From: Truepera sp.
Lineage (GTDB): Bacteria; Deinococcota; Deinococci; Deinococcales; Trueperaceae
Assembly: GCA_032027045.1 (NCBI GenBank)
Contig: JAVSMU010000001.1
Location: 2,309,112-2,373,111 of the forward strand
Length of the DNA stretch: 64,000 nucleotides
Direction: 5' to 3'
Positions within the stretch are counted from its first letter, which is position 1. Every line of letters starts with the position of its first letter. The notes under the pieces are model-generated. The model made no database searches. It was not told the origin of the DNA and worked only from the letters and a program-made list of their open reading frames with translations. Both the position numbers and the translations under genes were made by a program. Below are positions 30,522 to 42,859 of this stretch, piece after piece.

Positions 30522-31505
30522 TCAGCGGCCGCCATACCCACCGGGGTGGCGGCTGTGCCACTCCCAGGCGGTCCTCACCAGGGCCTCCAGGTCGTCGAAC
30601 CTTGGGGCCCAGCCCAGGTCGGCGCGAGCACGGGAGCTGTCGGCCACCAGGATCGGCGGGTCGCCCGCGCGGCGTGGCGCCTCGACGACCGGTATGGCGT
30701 GGCCGGTAACGCGGCGGCACGCTTCGATGACCTCGCGGACGGAGTAGCCGGTGCCGCTGCCGAGGTTGTAGGCGGTGGCAACTCCAGGGACCATCGCCTC
30801 CAGGGCCAGCACGTGAGCGTCTGCCAGGTCACTGACGTGGACGTAATCGCGGATAGCGGTGCCGTCGGGGGTGGCGTAGTCGTTGCCGAAAACGTGGACG
30901 GCCTCCCGCTGCCCCGCCGCGACCTGCAACACGATGGGTATCAGGTGCGTCTCGGGACGGTGATCCTCACCGAGGGTGGGCGTGGCGCCCGCCGCGTTGA
31001 AGTAGCGCAGGGCCACCGATGCCAACCCGACCGTCGACGCCAGCCAGCCGAGAGCCGTCTCGATCATCAGCTTCGTCTCGCCGTAGACGCTCTCGGGCCG
31101 TAATGCCGCCGCCTCGGGAATGGGCGCCGCCTCCGGGGTGCCGTAGACCGCCGCCGTCGACGAGAGCACGAACCTGCTCACGCCGCGCCTCACGGCGGAG
31201 TCCAAGAGCGCGAAGGTGGCGGCCGTGTTGGCGAGGAAGTACTTGGTGGGTTTGGTCATGCTCTCGCCGACCAGGGACGCCGCGGCGAAGTGCACGACGG
31301 CCTCCACGTCGTGTTGCACCAGCGCGTAACCGACCATCTCGTCGTCGGCCACGCTGCCGTGAACGAACGGCACGCCGTCAGGGACCGATTCGCGGTGCCC
31401 GGTCGACAGTTCGTCGAGGACGACGACCTCGTGGCCGCGTTCCAGAAGCGCGGATACGGTTACGGAGCCGATGTAACCGGCGCCCCCGGTGACCAGGACG
31501 TTCAC
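30522..31505 (-). CDS. galE: UDP-glucose 4-epimerase
   Basis: VLVTGGAGYIGS Rossmann motif and YGETK catalytic motif. GTG 31505 (or 31511) lies after a TAGACT box. Confidence 0.88.
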   Translation of the reverse strand: MNVLVTGGAGYIGSVTVSALLERGHEVVVLDELSTGHRESVPDGVPFVHGSVADDEMVGYALVQHDVEAVVHFAAASLVGESMTKPTKYFLANTAATFALLDSAVRRGVSRFVLSSTAAVYGTPEAAPIPEAAALRPESVYGETKLMIETALGWLASTVGLASVALRYFNAAGATPTLGEDHRPETHLIPIVLQVAAGQREAVHVFGNDYATPDGTAIRDYVHVSDLADAHVLALEAMVPGVATAYNLGSGTGYSVREVIEACRRVTGHAIPVVEAPRRAGDPPILVADSSRARADLGWAPRFDDLEALVRTAWEWHSRHPGGYGGR

Positions 31506-31581
31506 AGCCACGAGTCTAACGTCTCGTCTCTCCCGTGGTTCGTGCGCGATACTGTTACGCAGCGACAGGAGGGCAGTACAC

Positions 31582-32538
31582 ATGAGCACGGCAAGCGGCT
31601 CCGCACGACCGACGAAGCTCCTCAACGACGCAGGTCTGATCTGGTTCGACGGTGAACTGGTGCCCGAGGAGAAGGCCCAGGTGAGCGTGTTGACGCACGC
31701 CCTCCACTACGGAACGAGCGTGTTCGAGGGGCTGCGCGCCTACGAGACCCCGCGCGGGACCGCGGTCTTCCGCCTGCCCGAGCACTCGCGCAGATTGCTC
31801 GACTCGGCCAAGATCCTCGGCATGCGCCCCGAACTGACGGCCGAGCAGGTCTCGGCCGCGGTCCTGGCAACACTGAAGGCCAACGACCGCAAGCACGCCT
31901 ACATCCGGCCCCTGATCTGGTACGGCTCCGAGACCCTCGGCGTCAACCCCGAACGCAACCAGTTGCACTTCATGGTGGCCACGCTGCCGTGGGGTAGCTA
32001 CTTGGGCGAAGAAGTCATCCGTAAGGGCGCGCGGCTCATGACCAGCTCGTGGCGCCGCTCTTCCGGCGACATCCTTCCGACGAAGGCCAAGGCGGGCGGC
32101 AACTACGTGAACTCGGTGCTGGCGAACATGGAGGCCAAGTCGAACGGCTTCGACGAGGCCCTGCTCCTCGACAAGCAGGGCTTCGTGGCCGAGGGCTCGG
32201 GTGAGAACGTGTTCATCGTCAAGGGAGGGGTGGTGCAGCCCATCGCGCACTCGGTGAACCTGCGCGGGATAACCCGCGACAGCATCATCCGCATCGCCGA
32301 GTCGATGGACGTGCCCGTGGAGGCGGTAATGGCCACGCGCGACGAGCTGTACACGGCAGACGAGGTCTTCTTGGTGGGCACGGCGGCGGAACTGACGCCC
32401 GTCGGCAGCATCGACCGCAGGCCGATCGGGACCGGCGCAGCGGGGCCACTATCGCTGCGGCTTCGAGAGCGCTTCCTGCAGGTCGTTCACGGCGAGGTGC
32501 CCGAGTTCGACCAGTGGCTGACTTACGTCGACGGTTGA
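31582..32538 (+). CDS. ilvE: branched-chain amino acid aminotransferase
   Basis: IWFDGELVPEEKAQVSVLTHALHYGTSVFEGLRAY and PTKAKAGGNYVNS. ATG follows AGGAGGG. Confidence 0.9.
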   Translation: MSTASGSARPTKLLNDAGLIWFDGELVPEEKAQVSVLTHALHYGTSVFEGLRAYETPRGTAVFRLPEHSRRLLDSAKILGMRPELTAEQVSAAVLATLKANDRKHAYIRPLIWYGSETLGVNPERNQLHFMVATLPWGSYLGEEVIRKGARLMTSSWRRSSGDILPTKAKAGGNYVNSVLANMEAKSNGFDEALLLDKQGFVAEGSGENVFIVKGGVVQPIAHSVNLRGITRDSIIRIAESMDVPVEAVMATRDELYTADEVFLVGTAAELTPVGSIDRRPIGTGAAGPLSLRLRERFLQVVHGEVPEFDQWLTYVDG

Positions 32539-32553
32539 GCCGCGCGTGGCCGC

Positions 32554-33405
32554 GTGACCGCCATCGCCCTCGGCCTCGTTCTGGCCTCGGCGGTCCTGCA
32601 CGCCACCTGGAACCTGCTGGCCAAGCGCTCCCGCGGCGGCGCGGAGTTCATCTGGCTGTTCGCCTGCCTCACGCTGGTCGTGTACGGCCCGCTGGTGTTG
32701 GTTTACGTGCTGGTGGCGCGCCCGGTCTTCACCTGGCAGCACGCCGCGCTGGCGCTGGGCTCGAGCGTCATGCACGTGCTCTACTTCGTGAGCCTGCAGC
32801 GCGGTTACCGTCTGGCCGACCTCTCGCTCGTCTACCCCACCGCCAGGGGCAGCGGGCCCATGCTGGCGACCATCCTGGCGGTGCTGGTGCTGGGCGAGAG
32901 GCCCGGTGCTCAGGCACTGGTGGGCACCGGCCTGGTGGTCGTGAGCGTGTTCGTCCTGGCCGGCGGCAAGACGAGCGCCGCCGCCAGGCCCGGCCTCATC
33001 TATGGGCTACTGACCGGGTTGTTCATCGGGTGCTACACGGTCTACGACGGTTATGCCGTCAGCAGGGCAGGTGCGGTGCCGCTACTGTACACGTACACGG
33101 CCGAGATCGGCCGGACGCTCATGTTGCTTCCCCTGGTGATCCGGCGCCGGCCTCAACTGCGCGAAGCGTGGCAGTTCCACAAGCGCGAGGCGCTGGGCAT
33201 AGCCGTCCTCAGCCCGCTGGCCTACTTGTTGGTGCTGACGGCCATGCAGTTCACGCCCATCAGCCTAGTGGCACCGACGCGCGAGGTGAGCATCCTGATC
33301 GCCACGTTCTTGGGCGTCAGGGTCCTGTCGGAGGGGCACGCCAAGCGGCGTGCGCTGGGGGCACTCGGGATGGTGGCGGGCGTCACTCTGCTGGCGCTGG
33401 CGTGA
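32554..33405 (+). CDS. EamA/DMT superfamily transporter
   Basis: 283 aa with ~10 hydrophobic helices. It has the repeated EamA-like half structure. Confidence 0.7.
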   Translation: MTAIALGLVLASAVLHATWNLLAKRSRGGAEFIWLFACLTLVVYGPLVLVYVLVARPVFTWQHAALALGSSVMHVLYFVSLQRGYRLADLSLVYPTARGSGPMLATILAVLVLGERPGAQALVGTGLVVVSVFVLAGGKTSAAARPGLIYGLLTGLFIGCYTVYDGYAVSRAGAVPLLYTYTAEIGRTLMLLPLVIRRRPQLREAWQFHKREALGIAVLSPLAYLLVLTAMQFTPISLVAPTREVSILIATFLGVRVLSEGHAKRRALGALGMVAGVTLLALA

Positions 33406-33428
33406 CGCCCGGGTCGGCGCGCAGCCGG

Positions 33429-33626
33429 TCAGCGCGCGCTGCGGCTCTTGTTGCGCCACCTGCGCGAGCGGGCCCGTACCGACGTGCCCTGGTTCGCCCA
33501 GTAGTGGTCCTGGCGCGGCGAGCGCTCACCGTCGAGGTAACCGGCGCGGCGCAGGTCGTCGGCGCCGCCGCCCACGGTCGTGGTCGAGGAGATCTCCAGG
33601 AAGTCGAGTGTGCTGTTGTTGTACAT
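33429..33626 (-). CDS. orphan small protein (65 aa; acidic/ST-rich N-terminus, Arg-rich C-terminus)
   Basis: Almost every third codon position is G/C, the genome-typical coding bias. GAAGGAG lies 7 nt upstream of the ATG. No family recognised. Confidence 0.6.
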   Translation of the reverse strand: MYNNSTLDFLEISSTTTVGGGADDLRRAGYLDGERSPRQDHYWANQGTSVRARSRRWRNKSRSAR

Positions 33627-33850
33627 CGTTCTGCTCCTTCGGTCTCTGGGCGCGACGGGCGCGCCCGAGTACGCACCCGTACCGCCGGGTGCAGTGAGAA
33701 TCTTGGTGTCTTCTGGGGGAGCGCGTTGGTTATCCGCGCTTCCATCACTTGCCCGAGCGTTTCGGAAAGGGCGCTCAAGGGCCTTGCCAGTTACCGTCAG
33801 GGCGCGGCTTGCGCCCGAACGGGTAGTCTACCAGATCCGGAGGCAGTTGG

Positions 33851-33930
33851 TCGAGCCCGGCCGCACCAAGTCGGGCCCGGCCCGAACGAATCGAGCCCGG
33901 CCGCACCCGGTCCTGCCCAGGGCGATCAGG
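33851..33930. repeat. 20-nt tandem repeat, ~4 degenerate copies (TCGAGCCCGGCCGCACCAAG)
   Basis: Units at 33851, 33871, 33891 and 33911. It lies in the divergent intergenic region between the small ORF and the thiolase gene. Confidence 0.6.
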
Positions 33931-33990
33931 TTCGGCGTCTTACTACTGCGCGGTACTTGAGTACCTGGTGCGCCACCAGAAGGAGGTCTC

Positions 33991-35286
33991 ATGCGAGAGA
34001 GCGTGCGCGGGCGATCTGAACGCGAGGTAGTCATCGTCAGCGCCGTCCGGACGCCCGTCGGCCGCCTCGGCGGCGCGCTGGCGAGCGTAAGGCCGGACGA
34101 CCTGGCGGCCCTGGTGATCCGCGAGGCCCTGGCTCGGGCAGCCACGGACGATCTCGAGGTGGAGGAGGTGTACCTCGGCTGCGCCAACCAGGCGGGCGAG
34201 GACAACCGCAACGTGGCCCGCATGGCCACTTTGCTGGCGGGGCTCCCGGAGACAACGCCCGCAGTGACGGTCAACCGCCTCTGCGCCAGCGGCCTGACCG
34301 CCGTGAACATGGCCGCGCGCGCCATCTTGGCGGGCGAGGGGAGCGTGTACGTGGCCGGGGGCGTGGAGAGCATGACCAGGGCGCCTTACGTGCTGGCTAA
34401 GAACCCGCGGCCGTTCGGCCCGCCGGGCAACCGGACCGCGTTCGATACCTCGCTCGGCTGGCGCTTCCCGAACCCGCGCCTGGCCGACCTCTACCCGCTG
34501 GAGGCCATGGGCGAGACCGCCGAGAACATCCACGAACTCAGCCTCGAGGGCGGCGTGGCCGGCGGCGAGATCTCGCGGGAGGAGCAGGACCGTTTCGCGC
34601 TGTTGAGCCACCAGCGCGCCGTCGCGGCGATGAACGCCGGGCGTTTCGACGACGAAATCATGGCAGTGGAGGTGCCCGCGGGTAAGGGTGCCGTCGAGCG
34701 GTTCGGGCGCGACGAGCACCCGCGCTACGAGGCCAGGGGCGACGAGTTGGTGGTGACGACGGACCTGGCCTCCCTCGCCAGGCTGAAACCGGCGTTCCGG
34801 GCGGGCGGCACCGTGACGGCCGGCAACTCGTCGGGGATGAACGACGGCGCCGCCGCCCTGGTGCTCATGAGCGCCGAGCGCGCCGCCGACCTCGGGCTGC
34901 GGCCGCTCGCCAGGTGGCGGGCGTCGGCGGCCAGCGGCATAACGCCGCGCCTGATGGGCCTGGGTCCGGTGGACGCCAGCCGCAAGGCCCTGGCGAGGGC
35001 CCGACTGGCGCTGAGCGACCTCGACCTGATCGAGCTCAACGAGGCCTTCGCCGTGCAGGCCCTCGCCGTCATGCGCCAGTTGGGCCTGAGCGAGGAGCGG
35101 GTGAACGTCAACGGCGGCGCCATCGCCATCGGCCACCCCCTCGGGTGCTCCGGCGCCCGCATCCTCACGACGCTGGTGCACGAGCTGGCGCGCAGGGCCG
35201 CCACCGGCACGGCCCGTTACGGCCTGGCTACGCTGTGCGTCGGCGTCGGGCAGGGCGAGGCAACGGTGGTCGAGGCGGTGCCTTGA
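33991..35286 (+). CDS. acetyl-CoA C-acyltransferase (thiolase)
   Basis: [24 protein letters not shown] (active Cys), NEAFA and [18 protein letters not shown] precedes the ATG. Confidence 0.9.
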   Translation: MRESVRGRSEREVVIVSAVRTPVGRLGGALASVRPDDLAALVIREALARAATDDLEVEEVYLGCANQAGEDNRNVARMATLLAGLPETTPAVTVNRLCASGLTAVNMAARAILAGEGSVYVAGGVESMTRAPYVLAKNPRPFGPPGNRTAFDTSLGWRFPNPRLADLYPLEAMGETAENIHELSLEGGVAGGEISREEQDRFALLSHQRAVAAMNAGRFDDEIMAVEVPAGKGAVERFGRDEHPRYEARGDELVVTTDLASLARLKPAFRAGGTVTAGNSSGMNDGAAALVLMSAERAADLGLRPLARWRASAASGITPRLMGLGPVDASRKALARARLALSDLDLIELNEAFAVQALAVMRQLGLSEERVNVNGGAIAIGHPLGCSGARILTTLVHELARRAATGTARYGLATLCVGVGQGEATVVEAVP

Positions 35287-35342
35287 GCGCGGGCCCGGGT
35301 ACTTCACACCGCGCTACCACCGCGTAGCTCTAGGCTCGCTGG

Positions 35343-38069
35343 GTGGCCCCCCGGAACCGCTTCCTTCCGCTGACTACCCTTCCGCTGCTGCTCCTCGTCC
35401 TGGTTGCCTGCGGCGGGGCCGTCCCGGGCGGTCCGCTCACCGGCGCCTGCCATGCCGAGCACGCCTCATCGTCGGCTCTCGCCGCCGCCGGTGCGTATGC
35501 CGACGGTGCGTTGATGGCCGCGGCACTTCCTGCGATCGCGAACCCACAGCCCAGTAAGGAGCCGCCGAGCCCCAACCGACGCTGGTCCGACGCCGCCGGT
35601 TGGTTCGGCGGCCGGCTCCCGCAGGCGGGCGACGACGTGACGATCGAGCAGGGCGACGTCGTGCTGCTGGACGTCTCGCCGCCGCCCCTGTCCGGACTGA
35701 CCATCGCGGGTGCGTTGGTGTTCGACCGTGCGGACATCGACTTGGTCGTAGACCACATCTTGCTTGAGGGCGGCCTCTACGTGGGCTCTGCCGGCCGGCC
35801 GTTCACGCAGAACGCCACCATCACGCTCGCAGGCGGCCGGGCGCCGGACGACGGCTGCCTTGGCAGCAACTACATCGCCGTCGTGGGCGGCACGCTCGAA
35901 CTCTACGGCGACCCTGCGGGCGTGGCTTGGACCCGCCTTGCCGCAACGGCGGAGGCGGGCGCCGGCAGCATCACCGTGGACGACGCCGGCGGCTGGCGCG
36001 TTGGCGACAGCGTGGCCATAGCCTCCACCGACTTCTACTCGCCCGAGCACCACCAGGCCGTCTCACGTGACCTGCAGGTGGAAGCCCGAACCGTCACCGC
36101 GGTGAGCGGCTCGACCCTGACGCTCGACTCGCCGTTGGCCTACCAGCATTACGGCCGGCGGCAGACCTTCGCGGCCGGTACGGGCCTGCCGACTACCGTG
36201 CTCGAGTCGCGCGCCGAGGTGGCGCGGCTCAGTCGCAACGTGAAGGTCATGGGTGCCGTCGCCACCACCGACCCGGGCAGCCCCGACTACCAGTTCGGGG
36301 GCCAGGTCATGGCCATGGGGGAGGCGCGCGTGCGCCTCGACTCCGTGGAGCTCACGCGCATGGGTCAGGCCGGTCTGCTGCTGCGCTACCCCGTCCACTT
36401 CCACCTCATGGGCAAAGCGGGCGAGGGCTCGTTCATCCGCAACAGCAGCCTGCACGGGCTCTTCAACCGCTGCGTGACCATCCACGGCACCGGCGGGGTG
36501 CTGGTGGAAAACAACGCCGCTGTGGACACGTTCGGTCACTGCTACTTCCTGGAGGACGGCGCCGAGACCGGCAACGTTCTGCGTGGGAATCTGTCGTTGC
36601 AGACCCGCAAGCCGACGGCGGCGGATGCGCTGCTTCCGACCGACGTCTCCTACCTGGGGCCGGCCGGGTTCTGGGTGACGAACCCGGCGAACTACGTCAT
36701 GGCCAACGTGGCCGCCTCCTCGGAGGGGACCGGCTTCTGGTACGCGCTACCCGAGCACCCTACGGGTCCCTCCTACGCCCTCTTCGGCGGCGCCGACCAG
36801 TGGCCGCGCCGCACGCCCCTCGGTAGCTTCTCGGGCAACTTGGCGCACTCGAACTACGTCGACGGGCTCCACGTCGACGGCGGGCCCCGGGCCGGCAGCC
36901 TCGCCTCCGAGTCCACCTACTACGCCCCGCGCACCGATCCCGCGGACCGGCGCTCCGCTCCGGTGCAGGCGGTGTTCGAGGGTTACGTGGCCTACAAGCA
37001 ACGCAACGCCGCCGCCTGGTTCCGGGGCGACAACGCCGTCTTGCGTGGGGCGCTGCTGGTGGACAACGCCGTCGGCGTCACCTTCGCCTCCAGGGCGTCT
37101 GGGCTCGAGGCGAGCGTGGTGGTGGGCGAGAGCGACAACCTCGGGACGCCGGCCCCCTGGGAGCCGACGGGCAGCGGCGGGCGTTCCCTGCCCAAGCCGT
37201 GGCAACCCGACCTCGCCATCCGGGGGTTCGAGTTCTACGACGGCCCGGTCCTCGTCGCGGACTCGCACTTCGAGGGCTACACGCCTACGCCGCAGCGTGA
37301 GGCGGGAGCCTTGAGCGTCCTCGACTACACGTCCTTCTCCATGAGCCCGCTGTCGGCGGCGCGGGGGCTGTCGTTCGGCGCGGGCACCAACCGCGTGAAC
37401 TTCGAGACGCGTTCCATGAGCGACTACGACCCGGACACCAGAGACTCGGGCGAGGACGGCTACCGCAGCGCCGTCTTCCTCGACCAGGACGGCAGCGTGA
37501 CGGGAACGGCCGGCAAGTACGTGGTGATGCCCAACCCGTTCCTCCTCGGCCCTGATTGCGAGCGCCGCACCGACTGGAACGCTTACGTGTGTGGTGGCCG
37601 CTACGTGAGCCTCACCTACCTTGACGAGACCACTCCGGCGCGAGGTTTCGCGCCCCTCACGCTTGCCTCCCCGGCCGGCACTCACGTCATGTTCGGCAGC
37701 CCGGAGGGTGGGCCCAGCGTACCCAACCGTCACTACCGGAGCATCGTGCCCTTCCAGCGGGAGTACCGTTACGAGCACTCCGGCTTGAGCCCCAGCACGT
37801 TCAGCATCGATCTGGGGGAGGCGCGGCCCGGCGACCGGCTCGTCGTCAGCGTGCCGTTCAGGCAAGCGGCCACGCCGTTCGTGTACCGCGACTGGTGGCT
37901 AGACCCCCGCGGCCTGGTGCCGCCCTACTCGAGCGCGGCCGCGCTGCGAACGGGCCCGTCGAGCGGCTACTTCGTGGACTCGTCGAACGACCGGCTCTAC
38001 CTCCTCCTGATCGTGCGGGAGGACCACGATTACGCGCGCCTCACCGTATGCCGCGCGGCGGGCTGCTGA
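35343..38069 (+). CDS. G8 domain / right-handed beta-helix lipoprotein, CEMIP/TMEM2-like
   Basis: Lipobox LVLVAC. G8-like RWSDAAGWFGGRLPQAGDDVTIEQGDVVLLD. Beta-helix core RYPVHFHLMG...NRCVTIHGTGG...GHCYFLEDG. GTG lies 7 nt after a TAGGCT box. Confidence 0.85.
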   Translation: MAPRNRFLPLTTLPLLLLVLVACGGAVPGGPLTGACHAEHASSSALAAAGAYADGALMAAALPAIANPQPSKEPPSPNRRWSDAAGWFGGRLPQAGDDVTIEQGDVVLLDVSPPPLSGLTIAGALVFDRADIDLVVDHILLEGGLYVGSAGRPFTQNATITLAGGRAPDDGCLGSNYIAVVGGTLELYGDPAGVAWTRLAATAEAGAGSITVDDAGGWRVGDSVAIASTDFYSPEHHQAVSRDLQVEARTVTAVSGSTLTLDSPLAYQHYGRRQTFAAGTGLPTTVLESRAEVARLSRNVKVMGAVATTDPGSPDYQFGGQVMAMGEARVRLDSVELTRMGQAGLLLRYPVHFHLMGKAGEGSFIRNSSLHGLFNRCVTIHGTGGVLVENNAAVDTFGHCYFLEDGAETGNVLRGNLSLQTRKPTAADALLPTDVSYLGPAGFWVTNPANYVMANVAASSEGTGFWYALPEHPTGPSYALFGGADQWPRRTPLGSFSGNLAHSNYVDGLHVDGGPRAGSLASESTYYAPRTDPADRRSAPVQAVFEGYVAYKQRNAAAWFRGDNAVLRGALLVDNAVGVTFASRASGLEASVVVGESDNLGTPAPWEPTGSGGRSLPKPWQPDLAIRGFEFYDGPVLVADSHFEGYTPTPQREAGALSVLDYTSFSMSPLSAARGLSFGAGTNRVNFETRSMSDYDPDTRDSGEDGYRSAVFLDQDGSVTGTAGKYVVMPNPFLLGPDCERRTDWNAYVCGGRYVSLTYLDETTPARGFAPLTLASPAGTHVMFGSPEGGPSVPNRHYRSIVPFQREYRYEHSGLSPSTFSIDLGEARPGDRLVVSVPFRQAATPFVYRDWWLDPRGLVPPYSSAAALRTGPSSGYFVDSSNDRLYLLLIVREDHDYARLTVCRAAGC

Positions 38070-38101
38070 GGAGTCGGCCGAGGAGCCCTTAGCAGCCTGG
38101 T

Positions 38102-38685
38102 CTAGTCGGCGTCCGCGGCGGTTCCCTGCTCGAGCAGCCGTTCGCCTTCCTCGTCCGCAGCCACCTGCTGCAGCCGACGCCTGAGGTGACGGCGGCGCTC
38201 GGGGCTCCGCAGGGCCTGTTGGTCGAGCGGCTCCACGAACACGAGGAGCAGTTCGAACGTCTCCCGCGCGAACGCGCTGCGCAGGATATGTAAGTCGAAA
38301 TCGAGCAGGTCCTCGAGCTGCGCCGGCAGCGCCAGCACGGCGTCCCGGTCGCCCTTCAGGAGTGCCATGGCGACGTCGGTGGCGCGCCTGCCCTCACCGA
38401 AGCTCACCTTCACCCCGTTGCCGAGGGCCTTCTGAAGGATGACGGCCTGCGCCTTGAGGATCCGCCCCTGGAGGTCCTCCTTGGCCGATCCGGCAGCCGG
38501 CGCAGTGCGGGGCGCCGTTCCCGGCCCGGTGCCAGGCGCCGCACCAGGCGCGCTGACGGGCGCCGTGCCCGGCGCGATTATCGGAGAAGCCGCAGGCACG
38601 TCGGCAGGCGCAGCACCCGGCCCACGCTCCACGTTGCGTCCCGAGTCCTCGTTCTTCCCCGAAGGCCGGGGCTCCCCGCCGACCA

Positions 38686-38686
<1 letters not shown>
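38102..38686 (-). CDS. hypothetical protein (Pro/Ala-rich N-terminus + helical C-terminal domain)
   Basis: Its ATG overlaps the proS stop by 1 nt (TGATG). GC3 is high in the C-terminal half. The track ORF 38102..38788 is over-extended into proS. Confidence 0.55.
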
Positions 38687-41920
<3,234 letters not shown>

Positions 41921-41993
41921 GCCGGCATTCTGCCACGGTGCGTGAGTAGTCCCGTGAGCCCTACGGGGCGCTGGGGACGGTTAGCCTCGGCTC

Positions 41994-42707
41994 ATGCGCA
42001 TCGAGATCTGGTCCGACATCGCCTGCCCCTGGTGTTACATAGGCAAGACGCGCTTCGAGGCCGCGCTCGCCGAGTACGAGCACAAGGATTCCGTCGAAGT
42101 CGTGTGGCGCTCCTACGAACTCCAGGCCGGCGCCCCCAAGCGCGATCCCGAACCGGCGATCGCTCACCTGATGGCCAAGTACGGCCGCTCGCAAGGCGAG
42201 GTGCTGGAGATGTTGGCGCGAGTGACCGAGGAGGCGGCGAAAGAGGGGCTCGAGTACCACCTCGACAAGGCCGTGTCGGCCAGCACGTTCGACGCCCACC
42301 GGCTCATCCACTTCGCCGCGGAGCGCGGCCTGGGCCACGAGGCGATGACGCGGCTCATGCAGGCCTACCAGGGCGAGGGCGCCGACGTCTCGGACCCCGA
42401 CACCCTGGTGAGGCTGGGCGCCGAGGTGGGGCTCGTCGGCGACGAGGTACGCACCCTTCTCGCCGGCGACGAGTACGGCGCCGACGTGCTCGCCGACGAG
42501 CGCCGCGCGCGATCCCTGGGGGTCAGCGGGGTGCCCTTCTTCGTCATCGACGAACTGCACGGCATCTCCGGGGCCCAACCCAGAGAGTTCTTCCTGGCCG
42601 CACTGCGCCAGCTCGGGCCGCAGGTGAGGCCCGTGGTGATGCTGGACCCCGCCGGAGCGGCGGCCGGCGCCTGCACGGACGACTCCTGCGAGTTGCCGCA
42701 GTCCTGA
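41994..42707 (+). CDS. DsbA-family thiol:disulfide oxidoreductase, FrnE-like
   Basis: IEIWSDIACPWCYIGK (CPWC) and GVSGVPFFVI. C-terminal tail GACTDDSCELPQS (C-x4-C). ATG lies 7 nt after a TAGCCT box. Confidence 0.85.
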   Translation: MRIEIWSDIACPWCYIGKTRFEAALAEYEHKDSVEVVWRSYELQAGAPKRDPEPAIAHLMAKYGRSQGEVLEMLARVTEEAAKEGLEYHLDKAVSASTFDAHRLIHFAAERGLGHEAMTRLMQAYQGEGADVSDPDTLVRLGAEVGLVGDEVRTLLAGDEYGADVLADERRARSLGVSGVPFFVIDELHGISGAQPREFFLAALRQLGPQVRPVVMLDPAGAAAGACTDDSCELPQS

Positions 42708-42741
42708 CCGGCCACGGCGGCCTTTTCGCCGCCCACGCCGG

Positions 42742-42823
42742 TGCTATAGTGCACGGCAGCATGGCGCTGCGAATGATGCACTCCGGCCCTGAAAGCGACT
42801 GACCGCCCAGGTCGGTTCGTTCA
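42742..42823 (+). promoter_or_regulatory. candidate metG leader: extended -10 promoter, 13-codon Met-Met micro-ORF and antiterminator hairpin
   Basis: TGCTATAGT at 42742-42750. ATG 42761 to TGA 42802 encodes MALRMMHSGPESD. GCCCUGAA 42786-93 pairs with UUCAGGGC 42820-27, which overlaps the terminator 5-prime arm. Confidence 0.4.
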
Positions 42824-42859
42824 GGGCGCCGTGCACCAACGACGGCGCCCTTCTTGTTG
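42824..42859 (+). terminator. rho-independent terminator between dsbA-like gene and metG
   Basis: 9-bp stem GGGCGCCGU/ACGGCGCCC, 9-nt loop, tail UUCUUGUUG. Confidence 0.7.

Noticed and set aside
33429-33626. Small ORF as a peptide natural-product (RiPP) precursor or toxin-antitoxin component.
   Set aside because: There are no adjacent maturation enzymes, transporter-peptidase or partner ORF. The Ser/Thr run is N-terminal, not in a C-terminal core. It is kept only as an orphan small protein.
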